Of a stretch of 64,000 nucleotides of DNA, positions 38,001 to 51,671 are shown piece after piece (position 1 is the first letter of the stretch; each line of letters begins with the position of its first letter). The DNA comes from Chiloscyllium plagiosum (taxonomy: Eukaryota). Location of the stretch: positions 80,823,436-80,887,435 of the forward strand of contig NC_057719.1 of assembly GCF_004010195.1 (NCBI RefSeq). Reading direction: 5' to 3'. The notes beneath the pieces were generated by a model. It searched no databases, had not been told where the DNA came from, and worked only from the letters and a program-made list of their open reading frames with translations. Made by a program: the position numbers and the translations under genes.

Positions 38001-38208
38001 CACTGTATCCATAAAAGAAACTCAGCACTCGGAGAGTTAAGGTCCAAAGCTTATCTGTAATCTGAAGTGCGCTAAGCTCCGACTAGCCCATTCTCCTGAG
38101 CTTTCTTAGAAAGAGACATTAAAACCACTCAAGGCCATCATTGTTTTAAAGTGCCCATCAATCCAGCTTTACTGCTTCAAATACTTACTGCAAAGTCCTG
38201 AATGCAGG

Positions 38209-38236
38209 GTAACCATGGGAACCATCCCTTGGCAAC
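38209..38236. promoter_or_regulatory. RFX X-box plus adjacent half site
   Basis: GTAACC-AT-GGGAAC followed directly by catcccttGGCAAC. Confidence 0.45.
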
Positions 38237-38804
38237 ATGATGAGTGGCCAGTACGGAGTAATGTCTTTGCGTATTCTGGTGAGGAGGTAGTGCTGGTGGT
38301 GGTACAATGCAAATCATCATTGTAGCCTTTTAACTAAAATTATCATCACTCATGTGCTTCTTGTCAGAAGGAATACCCTAGTCTAAATAATACAGCACTG
38401 GAAGATTAACAAAAGAAGAAGGGGTCTTCTGCTTATTTGACAGCATCTCCGATGTGAGCTGACAGCACTTTATTTACCCATCAGTCACTGCACATTTTCT
38501 GCTGAGTTGCCCTATTATTTGTGTCCGCATCAACTACTGCTGCTGTGGCTGAGAAACTTGTGGAAAGGCAACCCTGACATCGTCCAACTTACTTCAATGT
38601 AACCCTTCACATTACACTGCCAAAGTGCAAACTAATTGTGAACATGTTGTCACAGGATTGACGTAGACGAAGTTACAAAAGGAAAGTACTTGGACTGATA
38701 TCCCCTCTCGCAAACACAGGTGATTCGGGTTCAGACAACTGAAGGTATAGACAACAACTAGATGGAAAAGGAGATGCATAAGATCAGAGAACACGCGTTA
38801 AATT

Positions 38805-39085
38805 TCCCCAGGTAGGGAGTCCAAAACTAGAGGGAAATGATTTAAAAGAGACCTAAGGGGCAACTTTTTCATGCAGTGGGTGGTGCGTGAATGGAATGAG
38901 CTGCCAGAGGAAGTGGTGGGGGCTGAAACAATTACAACATTTAATAGGCATCTGCATGGATATATAAATAGGAAGGGTTTAGAGGGATATGGAAAGAATG
39001 CTGGCAAATGGGACTAGATTAGGTTAGGATATCTGGTTGGCATGGACCTATTGGGTGTAAGGGCCTGTTTCTGCGCTGCACGGCT
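38805..39085 (+). mobile_element. HER1/CR1 3' end
   Basis: Homologous to 37030-37320. Confidence 0.9.
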
Positions 39086-39689
39086 AAGTGGGCAGGGCAA
39101 GAGACAGATAGAGCCAAAGATGTAGGAAACAGTGTCAAGTCTAACCCAAAAGTGAAAGAGAAAGTCAAAGTAAGAAAGAGAAATTTAACCCTGTCAAACT
39201 AAAAAAGGAAGAGAAATGATTTAAGTCAGATGGAGACAAATTGAAACAAATAGTTGAAATGAACAATTAAACCAAAGATTTGGAGTTGACCAAACAAAGC
39301 AATGAGTAATGGGACAAGGAGGTAGAAAAACAAATAAATACAGGGAATTCAAAAAAACTATGTTCTCCTCTACTGTTCTGATCTTTCATTTATTGACCCT
39401 TCTTCCTCTGGTCAGATAGACACCTATTGTTCACTCCAATACTGATGCTCACTGGCACTGTAGGTAATGATTGGCACATACTACTCAGTTATTACTCGTC
39501 TTCCCATCAGTCCACCAGCAACTCCATTGTCCATGAAAATTCCAAACACCCCAGAGGTCTAATTGAACAGTTCCCTCAAAGAGCTAGTACGGTCAGGATG
39601 GACCAAAAGCAACCCTTTCATACTGTGGTGTAAGCTATTCCACCAATCACTTAACTTCAGACGTAGTTCAGTGCACCTGAAAATAGACC

Positions 39690-39815
39690 AGAATTGCGGA
39701 TTCTAGAGATCTGAAACAAAAACTGAAATTGCTGGAGAAACTCAGCAGGTCTGGCAGCCTCTATGGGAAGCAAGCAGAGTTAATGTTTTGGAATCTGGTG
39801 ACTCGTCATCAGAAC
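39690..39815 (-). mobile_element. Decayed PLE terminal-repeat piece ending at a hammerhead remnant
   Basis: Minus strand: gtt CTGATGA c GAGTC-acca-GATTC cAAAACATT aac. Confidence 0.6.
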
Positions 39816-40404
39816 ATGAGTCTGTGCCATTTAGGAGTTAATAAGCTAAATGGATTTTTTTTTCCCCATTTATATAATTGTAAGATTGAAATAATTGCGA
39901 CACTCCTGACACACTCCACTTAAATGTCTTCAATCAGCTCTTCTTCGGTAATGTGTCATTATGCTATTATCCACACATGGCAAGGTCTTTCAGAACCATT
40001 AGGACTCCCATTCCTTTTATTTATCTCAAATTTTTGTGACCCTGCTTTCAAAGTAATTTTAGAGAAAGCTATCGACTCAGATGGAGATTTCAGAGCAGAT
40101 TGCTTATCTTTATAGGCTTTTACTGATCAAATGAACTCCAAATGACCTATGCTCGGAGACTTTGGTAACCCTGACCTTCTCACTGCTTTAACATGATTTT
40201 GTATCTTTGGGAACTACTTGTGGAGAATTCAATGTCTTTGACTGTCACATCAGGTAAAACGCAAACTGACTCTAAACAAAATCTATATCAAACAGCAGAA
40301 AGTCAACTTGCTCAGAGATGTTATGACTTGAACCCAGGTCTCCTGGTACAATCCCACCTGATATTGATACTTAACTTAGAATCCCTACAGCCATTCAGCC
40401 GTTC

Positions 40405-41302
40405 AAGTCCACATTTTGGAAAGGCAAATCAGGGGCAGGACTTATACACTTAATATTAGGGTCCTGGGGAATGTTGCTGAACAAAGAGACCTTGGGGTGC
40501 AGGTTCATAGTTCCTTGAAAGTGGAGTCGCAGGGAGACAGGGTGGTGAAGGCAGTATTTGGTATGCTTGCCTTTATTGGTCAGTGCATTGAGTATAGGAG
40601 TTGGGAGGTCATGTTGTGGATGTGCAGGACATTGATTCGGCCACTTTTGGAATACTGTGGACCCCTTGTTATAGGAAAGATGTTGTGAAACCTGAGAGGG
40701 TTCAGAAAAAACGTACAAGGATATTGTCAGGTTTGGACGGTTTGAGCTATAGGGAGAGGCTGAACAGGCTGGGGTTGTTCTCCCCAGAGCGTCGGGGCTG
40801 AGGGGTCACCTTATAGAGGTTTATAAAATCATGAGGGGCATTGATAAGGTAAATAGCCAAGGTTTTTTTTGTCAGGATAGGGGAGTCCAAAACATGAGGG
40901 CATAGGTTTAAAGGTGAGAGGGGGAAAGATTTAAAAGGGACCTAAAGCGCAATGTTTTCATGCAGAGGGTGGTACGTGTATGGAATGAGCTGCCAGAGGA
41001 AGTGATTGAGGCTGGTACAATTGCAACATTTAAATGACATCTGAATGGAGACATGAATCAAGAAGGTTTAGAGTGATGTGGGCTAAATGCTAGGAGAAAG
41101 TGAGGACTGCAGATGCTGGAGATCAGAGTTGAAAAGTGTGGTGCTGGAAAAGCACAGTCAGTCAGGCAGCATCCAAGGAGGAGAGTTGATGTTTGGGCTA
41201 AATGCTGGCAAATGGGACTAGATTAATTGAAGATATCTGGTCAGCATGAACGAGTTGGACCGAGGGGTCTGTTTCTGAGCTATATATCTCTATGACTCTA
41301 TG
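40405..41302 (+). mobile_element. HER1/CR1 3' 0.8 kb containing a 102-bp PLE piece (41092-41193, 13-bp TSD)
   Basis: HFGKAN, EQRDLGVQV and RPLLEYC motifs. TGGGCTAAATGCT at 41079-41091 and 41194-41206. Confidence 0.9.
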
Positions 41303-42656
41303 GTTCCTGTACGTATCCCTGACCACATTGACCCTATCTGACTACTGACCCTTGGAAGCCACAGGACTGACCGTGAGTCTCTCCCCAGACTACAGAGCCA
41401 CGGACTCCCTCACTGTGAAAATCCTGACTGGAACCCATTCCCTGGACCAGTTCGAGGGGAGAGTGCCCTAGAGGGCATCAGGACCTCCTGACTGGTGAGT
41501 GCCTGAAATCGGTTTCAATGAAGACTACTCCCCTGGGATTGAGACATGGAGGACTGCTTGTTGGAATGCAGTATGATTGCCACAAAAAACTGCCGCTGTG
41601 AGATGGATGTAGCACACTGCCGCACAGCGAGTTGTCTGCCTCTTTGACCGAGGACTGTAGGGAAGGCAGGCAAGCTGTCTCATCCTGTTTCTTGTGCTGA
41701 CTGGCAATGGCAGGGCAAGATATCAGTGCTGCAAACATCCAGGTAGGAACTAAGTGAGCGAGCATTAAGATAGCAAGCTGAGATACACAATCTGGTCTGG
41801 TCCGGTCAGTCAGCTGGGTCCTTGTCCGTGTGCATCAGCAACATCTTTCAACAGTAAGTCACTTGTGCATCCTGGTGCTTCCAACATGGCTTGTCAGGGT
41901 ATTGGAAGAGTGCCGTAATGGCCAAAAGAGGTACCAGATGCTAGTATCCATGCTAGAGGGGTGTGCGCAGCTGATTATCCGTGGACTGCGCTCAGAGAGG
42001 ACTGTCTGGTCCTCAGCAACGTAGAAATCCCTCAGAGCAAATGGCAAGCTGCTGAAGTCACTAGCCACCACTCCTGTTTCCATATTGGGTTTTCTCAGAA
42101 TACTCAGCAAGGTAGGAAAGTGAATATTAATGAGTCGAGTTCGGCCTTAAACAAGCTGCTCAATAAACAATAATCCTGCTCAGTTGGCAGCTGGTCACTG
42201 CATAGCAACGAATTTGCCTCACTGCTTAGTGAAGCATAAAAGATGGAACGAGATGCTCCTGACGTTGAAATAGGCCTTGGCAGACTTGGCCCTTTGTTTC
42301 TTTAACCTGCGGGTAAACAATTTCCCCAAAAATCAGGTTTCATCAGTCCTTGTCCGCCACACACCCACTAATTGACTAGGCAACAGTGCAGATTCTTTTT
42401 TTAAATGCACAAGCTGATAGCCCATTTCTTGATGGGAAGTATTTTCAAACACTAAAACTACATGCAGACAAATAAGTCTCCAGAATCTGCAGCACCAAAT
42501 CTGCAAAAACAACTCTAACAATAAACAAAACTAAAACCATCTCGTCCTCCCTCCTTAATATACAAATACAAGCTAACCTGACATTGAGAGAGGGATAGAG
42601 AGAGAATGTAGCATCAGAGGGGATTGTTGAGCTATCATCTAGAAAGGTAGAGCAGT

Positions 42657-42980
42657 GGGCGGCACGGTGGCACAGTGGTTAGCACTGCTGCCTCACAGCG
42701 CCTGAGACCCGGGTTCAATCCTCGCCTCAGGCGACTGACTGTGTGGAGTTTGCACATTCTCCCCGTGTCTGCGTGGGTTTCCTCCGGGTGCTCCGGTTTC
42801 CTCCCACAGTCCAAAGATGTGCAGGTCAGGTGAATTGGCTATGCTAAATTGCCCGTAGTGTCAGGTAAAGGGTACATGTAGGGGTATGGGTGGGTTGCGC
42901 TTCGGTGGGGCGGTGTGGACTTGGTGGGCCGAAGGGCCTGTTTCCACACTGTAAGTAATCTAATCTAATCTAATCTAATC
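42657..42980 (+). mobile_element. HE1 SINE, full length and young
   Basis: A and B boxes, V core and (TAATC)n tail. Confidence 0.95.
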
Positions 42981-43539
42981 AAGGGCTAAACGCCCTACTC
43001 CTAATGTTCCTAGGATAACTGAAGAGATATTTTTCTGACTAAAAGACCATATGTATATGTCAGGGTATAAAAAGGTGAGCAATGTCCTCCTGTCAAATAC
43101 ATAAAGGATTTAGTATCAGATCCTGTAATTAACAGTAAGCTCAATCACAGATCAATTAATTGCCTACCCATTGACATGGGTACATGTATATCAGTGTCAA
43201 CTGCTTAACTATTGTAATGTAATGCATTCTACGCAGAAGGGAAACAATTCTTTCTTCAGAAACTGCATGGTTTGTAAATATGCTTGGGTTTGTATGTGGC
43301 TCTTATTGTCAACTCCTATACATGCACAGTCCACAGTAGAGAAACGACAAACTAATCCTTCACTCTCTTCAAGTATTGCATTGGCTGTGTGCCTTAAGTA
43401 TTGTAGATTCACCAGAGGAAGAATAAACTAGTGCACACCGAGGAGAACATAGCAATGGTTAAAATAATACTATCAAACATTGGAGGCAACGCTGGAGTGA
43501 TTAATAATAGAAAAAAGACTAGTAAAGCATGAGGGACTT

Positions 43540-44400
43540 TAAGTACTGTGTGCAGTTCTGTTGCCCTGCTATAGGAAGGATAATACTAAAATTTGGAGAG
43601 GGTTCAGCAAAGACTTAGTGTTGCTGGGACTGGAGGGTTTGAGTTATAAAAATAGGCTGGGACTTTTTTCACTGGAGCATGGGAGGTTGACAGGTGAGCT
43701 TCTAAGAGGTTTATAAAAATTGTGATGGGTATAGACAAAGTGAATAGCAAAGGTCTTTCCCCTAGGGTGGGGGGAGTCTAAAACTAGAGGGCATATTTTT
43801 AAGGTGAGAGGAGAGAGTTTTAAAAAGGACATGAGGGGCAACTTGGTTTTATTTTTTAAAAACACAGAGTGGTTCATGTGTGGAATGAACTGCCAGAGGA
43901 AGTGGTAATTGTGGGCACAGTTACAACATTTAAAAGATACTTGGGTAAGTATGGGAGTAAGAAAGGTTTGGGGCGATATGGGTCAAGTACAGAAAGGTGG
44001 GACTAATTTGGAAACATGATCAACATGGACTGGTTGGACCAAAGGGTCTGTTTCCATGCTGTATGACTATGTGGAAAAACTGGAGGAACTGGGCACATTC
44101 TTTTTGCAACAAGGAAGGTTAAGATCCGATTTAAACAGAGCTGTTCAAAATAATGAATGGTTTGCGCACAGTGAATAATGAGAAAGTGTTTCCAGTGGAA
44201 GATTGATCGGGAGGCAGAAGACAGATTTTGGATGATTGGCAAAAGAACCCACAGGCAGAATGAGGAAACATTATTTTTCGAAAGCAGGTTATGATGATCG
44301 AGATAGCATTGCTGAGACGGGTAATGGAAGCAGGTTCAAATGCAACAGTATAAAGCAAGAGCTGAAAATGGAATTACAGAAGTGTGCGGGGAGCAGAATA
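43540..44400 (+). mobile_element. CR1 3' fragments
   Basis: Homologous to 36830-37330, followed by an older piece. Confidence 0.8.
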
Positions 44401-45829
44401 TGGAAGTGGAGCTTTCAAACAACAAAAGCATCAAGGAACGCTGCCACAAGACACAGTAGGTAATGATGGATTGGTGAGTACTGCTGCTTAACCTTCAGTC
44501 TTTCAGCTAGAAAATGGTTACCATAAGAGCTAAAGTTCTGTCACAATTTTACTTTATTGAATCCATAAACTAGATAACTCAGTTCACCTATGGACGATAA
44601 TTGATTGAACAGCTCTTTCATCAAATTAAAATAGACAACCAGTTTGGATGGATAACACAGGGGTAGATGGTGTATGAGTGTGTTTCTGGCCAACTTGCAC
44701 CTGCAGTAAGGGCTTGTGGCTCGAGGAATCTCTGCTCGGAGTTGCTGAGCTGGAGCCTGGGCTGCAGGCCTCAGGGATGCGAAGAGACAGCCATACCACT
44801 TTGGTTCATTAGTACTTCAGAGTTGGTCAAAGATAAGGGCTGGGAGGGTGTAACTAGTCAGGCACCAATGGAAATTTAGGATGTAGAATTGGAGGAGCCT
44901 TGGTCTTTGTCAAGCAGATAGGAGTTAGTTGCCGCGAGTCTACGTGAGCACGGACCGCTGGGAGGATAAACAAATGGCCAATAGCACCATGGTGCAGAGT
45001 GCCACTCAAATAGAGGGAGGTTCGGGTAAAAGAATTGTTGGAGTGATAGGGGGCAGCATGGTTCAGGTTTTAAGTACTGTTCCCTGCAACCACAACCAGG
45101 AACATCAATGATTGATTGTATTCTCTGCTGCATGCTCAGTGCTGAGATTTGAGACATTGAGGAACCAATGACATTGGTTCCAAGAATATGTTTCTGGGGA
45201 AGAGACTGGAGGGGCTAGTTTATCAAATTAAGATGAAATATTACAACCTGGGGCACATATAGTTTGGCATAGGGCTTCCCATGTCAACTAGGATTTCCAG
45301 TCAGCAAGGTGTGGGAGAGACGTGAATCTGAATTACAGCCAGCCAACCACACATTGAGAGAAAAGGGAGCTTCATCACATGGGCATTATCCCATCCACAC
45401 TAGGTCATGGCCACCAGGCTTCACTAGAGATGAGTTTCCCCTCTACATACAAAGCATTTCAAAATGTAGGAAACGACGACTCTTCCTTCCAAAGGGCACC
45501 AACACATTGAGATATCCTGTTTCTCTTCATTCCAAAGACACAGTTCCCATCCTGATCAGTGGTAAAAATACTGATGTGTCAGCGCAGTGTGGGCTCTCTT
45601 TCTCAGGTGCATGATCCTTACATTCAGTTACATGATCTTTTAAAACAGCTGGGTGGGGACATGTGGAAGAGGTGTTGGGCGAAGGGGCCGGTGGGGGGGC
45701 AGGGGGGTGCTGTAAATAGGTGGTGATGAAGGATGCTGAGATTCAGACCTGGTTCTGATTTGGGCTTCAGATCCCAGTTTTAAAATCCAGCCAGTGTTAA
45801 AAGGTGAGAAAAAAAGTTGGGAAACAAAT

Positions 45830-47745
45830 GTTCCAGGGCCTATAAAAGACAGGCAGATGAGGAGGAAGAATAATCCCTCGAGTCAAGGATAGCAGTCCAA
45901 AAGGACCTTGGGCTCAAAAGATTAGGGGGGAGTTGAATCAATGTATCTGGAAATGAAGAATAACCAAAAAGTCAAAAACCAAGAGCAGAGGGCGTTTTAT
46001 TTTAAGATCCTAAAAGTAGTTACATCTGTTTGTCAGAGAATTAAGCAAGAAATAAGTGGAAATTGTAACAAAAGGTACTTGTGGGAGACTTTATTTATCC
46101 AACAGCAATTGATAACCCAGCAAACTACAAACTTGTCAACTTGACATCAATAGTAGGTAAACTGATGTCGGCCATAGGATAAGATAAATGTGCACTTGGC
46201 GAAAAGTGAGGCAATGCTGGATAATCAACACGGTTTTGTTAAGGATAGATCACATCTGACAAATTTAATGGAGTTTGGGGACACAGGCAGCAGATGAGGG
46301 TAGTGCAACGCATGTTATATATTTCGACTTTCAGAAAGCATCTGGTTTTGTGCTGACAGGCTGGTTAGCAAATTAGGCAGAGGTGGGTGCTGCAGATTAG
46401 AGTGGTGCTGGAAAAGCACAGCAGGTCCGGCAGCATCCGAGGAGCAGGAAAATCGACGTTTTGAGCAAAAAGCCCTTCATCAGGAATCCTGATGAAGGGC
46501 TTTTTGCCCAAAACGTCGATTTTCCTGCTCCTCGGATGCTGCCTGACCTGCTGTGCTTTTCCAGCACCACTCTAATCTGGTAGCAAATTAGAAATGCTTG
46601 GGATCAACAGGTCCTTGGCAGCATGGACAAGATGTTGGCTAAAAGGTAGGAACCAAAGGGCAGGTTCCCCAGCGCTGGCACTGGAACCCTTGCTTTTGAT
46701 TTATGTACATGATTTGCAGATGATACAAAGCAAAGGAGAATAGTGAATTGTGAGGATGATGCTGAGCGACTTCAGAGAGACATTGACAAGTTGGTCAAGT
46801 GGGCAGACTCCCGGCAGATGAATTTCAATGCAGTGAAATGTGAGGTAATACATTTTGGTGGAAGAAACAGAGACGTAATACAAGCTCAAATGATTCAACT
46901 TTGAGGGGAGTACAGAAGTAGGGGGTCGCCAGGATTGATGCGCATAATTCTCTGCACATGGCTAGGGAAATTGAAAAAGAGTTCTTATGAACGTTTATAG
47001 GATTCTTGGGTTTATAGATAGAACCATAGATTACAAAAGCAAGGAGGTGATGCTACACACCTCTACAATTCATTGTATTTGGAGTATTGTGTTCAGTTCT
47101 TGGCACCTTATTTCAGGAAGGATGTAAAAGCCCTGGGGAGAGTGCGAAGGTAGTTTACTAGAGTAAAACCAGGAATCATGGATTTTAGGTACAAGGAATA
47201 ATTGGAGAAAATAGGCCTATTTTCTTTAGAGCAGAAGAGATTAAGTGGCGGCCTTATTGAAGTGTTCAAAACTATCAACAATTTTGACAAGGTAAAAGGA
47301 CGATGTCTTGTTTTCACTACTTATTATATGTCAATAATTAAGGGCCACAATTAAAAGATTGTCAGTGAGAGAGTTAGGAGCAAGATGAGGAGAAATTTCT
47401 TTACTCAAAGAATGGTTAGGATTTGGAGTATGCTGCCTGGTGGAGGCAGATTCTATAGGAGGTTTCAAAAGAGAACTGGGTCTCTTTTGAGAATTTGAGA
47501 ATGAAGTGAAATTTCTTTACTCAAAGAATGGTTAGGATTTGGAGTATGCTGCCTGTTGGAGGCAGATTCCCTAGGAGGTTTCAAAAGAGAACTGGGTCTG
47601 TATAATTTGAAAGTGACGAACTTCGAAGGCTGTGGAGAAAAGGCTGGAGATTGGGACTAGCTGGGTAGCTCTTTAGGAGAGACCGAAAAGACACGATGGG
47701 TCAAATGGCCTCCTTCTGTACTGTAATATCCTATGATTCTATGAA
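45830..47745 (+). mobile_element. Old CR1 ORF2 remnant with PLE insertion and internal 92-bp duplication
   Basis: Degenerate NY..V.LTS, QHGF, FDFQKA, FADDTK and QMNFN.VKCEVIHFG. Duplicate segments at 47392-47483 and 47508-47599. Confidence 0.8.
46377..46580. mobile_element. PLE fold-back, near-perfect 187-bp palindrome (46393-46579), 11-bp TSD
   Basis: TAGCAAATTAG at 46366-46376 and 46581-46591. Axis at 46486 in catcagga-a-tcctgatg. Confidence 0.9.
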
Positions 47746-49079
47746 CCACTGCCATCTAGAAGGACAAGGGCAGTATGTACAAGAGAACACCACCATCTGA
47801 AAGCTCCCCTCCAAGCTGCTCACCACCTTTACTTGGAAGTATATCGCCGTCCCCACAGTGTTGCTGAGTTAAAATACAAGAACCCGCTCTCTCAAAGCAT
47901 TGTGGGTCTACCTACACCAAATGACTGCAAAGGTCCAAGGCAGCTCACCCCAACCTTCAAAGGCAGCAAGGAATGGGCAATTCATGCTGGTACAGCCAGC
48001 AATGCCCGCATCCCCTGAATTAATTTTCATAAGTATTAGATTAAAAGAAGTGGGGTTTCTAATGTCGCAAAATCTAATCATAAGCCTGAGTCGTCAAGAG
48101 GTTGACTATTTCTCTAAGCTGGGGGTTTAGCCACTGAGTCACAGGATACGAGAATGGATATATAAAAAAGTGGGATGAGGAGATATTCCTTCAAAACATA
48201 GTTGTGAATCTTTGAAATTACCTCTCCCAGACAATTCTGTACCCCTTGTGAATGCTGAAATAAACAGATTCTTGGTCTCTCAGGTAATCAAAGGGATCAG
48301 AAGAATGGGCAAGAAAGTGGGGTGGAGATAAAAGGTCAGTCATATCCAGATTGAGTGGCTGAACAGTCTCAGAACAAGCCACCCGATATACACCTGCTTC
48401 AATTCCTTACATCCTTACAAATGATTTGGTTAAATACTTGATGTGAAACCATTGCAGGGCCGTGTGGAATGAGCAGGAATTTGGAACAACCTAATTAACC
48501 CTCCATGTTCTATCACAGGTATGAATGGCTGAACGGCCTCCTCCATTATATCAGTGATCCTGTGACAAAGGACTTAACAGTTCTGTGGTTTGCATTCTCA
48601 TGAATAGCCATGCTCCTTGCACAGGTCACTAATCTGAAGCTCCATGGTAACAGCAAATGTAGAGCTGCTGTTCCCAGACCTTATTAATATGAACTAACTG
48701 GGCATCTGACACCAAAAACAGATGAAGTTTTTTTTTAAATGATGAAAAAGCTAATGATAATGGTGGCACGGTGACTTAGAAACCTATATGTAGAGATCAA
48801 GTGCAAAAAGCAATTAAGGCAGCTAATGGACTATTAGCTTTTATTTCTAAAAAGAGGAAGAATACAAGAGACAGAGGAAAGTATGCTACAGACCAGCAGT
48901 AGACCGGAGAGAGACTTGGGAGCAGCGGCCATAAGGTTAAAACGAAGCAGCGATAACAAAATAAAAAGAGCTCAGAAACAGACAAACTGGATGGCTACAG
49001 TCCCATGTGGCAATGAGATTACAAAAGGAGAGAGAGCAGAGAGCTCCCAAAAACAGACAAACCAGGAGAGGAGATCTGT

Positions 49080-49635
49080 TAATTCAGGAGCAGTGGCAAT
49101 GAGGTTAAATGGGCCCTCCTGGAATGTGCCTGCACAAAGGAAGTCTGGAGAGAGATACGACAGTTCTTGTCCAGGTTTGTCACGAGCAGCTCCGCGACAC
49201 AGGACTCTGTGATCGGTGGTCGGTTCCCTGGGATGCACATCAAGACAAGCATTGACTACACTTGGAGGACCATCAACTCAGTGAAAGACGCTCTCTAGCT
49301 TACCCGAAACTTCCAGAGCAAGGAGTTGACCCTGACTGAGTATTGCAGACTGGCACATTTCAAGGTCCAGGACTATGTGCTGAGGGATGCATTATAGTTT
49401 GGGACAGCTGGCAAAAGACCACTCTGAGGTCTTCCTGCTTAAGTTAAATGGGCAGCTGTTCAGTTATCAGTCGACCCTCCCAGTACCTCAAATACATGTA
49501 TTGCATAGTAAGGGATATCATGGTTTGTTGGATTGAGTCAAACTCCAATGATTGTTTGTTTCTTCATGTGCTACTGTACAGAACTGAACTGCATTTGTGA
49601 CGATGTATATATTTTTAACCAGTAAAGTATATTTT
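49080..49635 (+). mobile_element. L1-Tx1 clade LINE 3' end remnant
   Basis: WRTINSVKDAL*..RN..QSKELTLTEYCRLAHFKVQDYVLRDAL resembles the Tx1 ORF2 C-terminus of fishes. Confidence 0.7.
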
Positions 49636-49801
49636 TAAAATATAAGAAAAGTTAAACTGAGCAGCATATTCAGAAAGCTCCCCAAAGCAGACAAAGCAGG
49701 GCACAATGGAGAGAGACTTGGGAATGGTATGTGGAGATTATAAAAGAGCAACAAGAAGACAGAGCAATTTCCCAAGAGCAGACAGACCAGGGTTTTTTTT
49801 T

Positions 49802-50106
49802 AAGATTAGATTACTTACAGTGTGAAAACACGCCCTTCGGCCCAACAAGTCCACACCGACCCGCCGAAGCGTATACCACCCAGACCCAGACCCCTACATT
49901 TACCCCTTCACCTAACACTACAGGCAATTTAGCATGGCCAATTCACCTAACCTGCACATTTTTGGATTGTGGGAGGAAACCGGAGCAAACCCACGCAGCC
50001 ACGGGGAGAATGTGCAAACTCCACACAGAGATTCGCCTGAGGCGGGAGTTGAACCCGGGTCTCTGGCGCTGTGAGGCAGCAGTGTTAACCACTGTGCCAC
50101 CGTGCC
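49802..50106 (-). mobile_element. HE1 SINE
   Basis: Full-length homology. Confidence 0.95.
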
Positions 50107-50496
50107 ATTGCATTTAGTTGTGTTGATCAGCATCAACACAACTGAATGCAATGGCAAAGGGCAGCAGGTAGATAATTGATGGGTATTGCTCAATGGTCTC
50201 TTCTGACTGAATATTGTTTTACGCAAAGGACTTAAAGCTCAAACATTTTACATAGATAATTAATAATTAAACATTTCTTCACTTCGTAAAGTTAAAGAAT
50301 TCTGGTAGTTCATCAGATGTAAACAAGAATAAGACTTTTCCCATCCCGACTTAAATAGGAGTAATAATAAAATAAAACCATAGGCCTACAATCTGTTTAG
50401 TTAAGGTATGTTTAGAGATGTCAGACCCATCATTTGCACCACATGGGCAATCCTAGACATTTCTTACAGTCTAAATGATGTTGGTCTTGTTGGAGC

Positions 50497-50648
50497 NNNN
50501 NNNNNNNNNNNNNNNNNNNNNNNNNNNNNNNNNNNNNNNNNNNNNNNNNNNNNNNNNNNNNNNNAGAGGGGAAAGAGAGAGGGGGGGGAGAGAGAGGGGG
50601 GGGGAGAGAGGGGGGGAGAGAGAGAGGGGGGAGAGAGAGGGGGGAGAG
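50497..50648. repeat. Assembly gap (50497-50564) followed by a GA/G-rich simple repeat
   Basis: 68 N, then (GGGGGGAGAGAGA)n. Confidence 0.95.
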
Positions 50649-50689
50649 AAAACAGGACTTAGATATTTCTCACATTGTAGCGAGTATTT

Positions 50690-50865
50690 GAATAAAAGAA
50701 CAGAGGAAATGAATGTGTGGTGAGAGAGATGGTGCAGGAGGGAGTACTTTAGTTTCCTGAAGCATTGTGACAATTTTCTGGATGAGGTGGGACCTGTACA
50801 ATTTGGATGGGCTACATCTACAGGAACAGGACCAATATCCTTCAAGGGAGGTTTGCGAGTGCTAT
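50690..50865 (+). mobile_element. CR1 ORF1 (SGNH esterase) remnant
   Basis: MNVW*ERWCRREYFSFLKH... then YNLDGLHL (DGLHL esterase motif). Confidence 0.65.
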
Positions 50866-50954
50866 GGGGGGGGGGGAAATGGTTGGGGTTTAGATTTAAG
50901 CTCATGTAAGAGGATGGGATCCTAACAAGTGGCTGGCCAATGAGACAAGCTTTT

Positions 50955-51080
50955 GAAGGGCTTTTGCACGAAACATCGGATTTTCCTGCTCCTTGAATGC
51001 TGCCCGAACTGCTGTGCTTTTCCAGCACCATTCAACTGCAGAATCTGGTTTCCCGCATCTGCAGTCATTATTTTTACCTT
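50955..51080 (+). mobile_element. PLE piece beginning inside the hammerhead core
   Basis: TGAAGGGC-tttt-GCAC GAAACATC, then the GCAGCATCC-family body and tail. Confidence 0.75.
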
Positions 51081-51191
51081 ACCAATGAGAGAAGCAAAGA
51101 TAGAATTACACATTAAGACAGGCAACAGTGAGTCTGGGAAGGCAGAGAAACTTAAGAAACATTTTTTTTGGACAGAAATGGCCCCAAGCTT

Positions 51192-51671
51192 CCAGTTGCC
51201 TGTCACGTCAACACACTATGTTCTTTGGCCAACATTTCTGTCACAGACCTGCTGCAGTGTTCAAGTGAGGCTCAGTGAAAACTGGAAGAACAGCATCTCA
51301 TATTCTACTTGGGGACCCTGTAGCATTCAGGACTCATGATCAAGTTCAATAATTATAGAACCTGAACATCTCCTTCCATGTCTTTTACCCAGCCCCATAC
51401 CCTATGCCCGGTCATGACATGAGCTGCTTTCAGAGCAGCCAACCTATTTTCACTTATTTATGGTCCCCATTCGCAGATTCTCCTTTCTCCCCAGCTTACC
51501 ATCACCCATCCCTTTGCCTATGTAACTGTTGTTCTCTCTCTCTCTCCCGTCCTATCTGCTTACTTTGTCCAACCCTGATATCAGTATACCATCCTTTTCT
51601 GAGTTACAATCTTCAGAAGGGTCAGTGTGTAATGTTAAAAAATTAAATTGGACTCTCTGTCTCGACATTAA
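51192..51671 (+). mobile_element. PLE (Neptune-like) GIY-YIG C-terminus pseudogene and 3' UTR
   Basis: The frame from 51192 reads PVACHVNTLCSLANISVTDLLQCSSEAQ*KLEEQHLIFYLGTL*HSGLMIKFNNY, matching PVAxHFN...KLEEQHLIF.LGTL.P.GLN. Confidence 0.8.

Noticed and set aside
46393..46579. Palindromes read as MITEs or pre-miRNAs
   Set aside because: The same sequence occurs as single arms, carries a one-sided tail and has variable 10-15 bp TSDs. This fits PLE retrotransposition rather than a DNA transposon.
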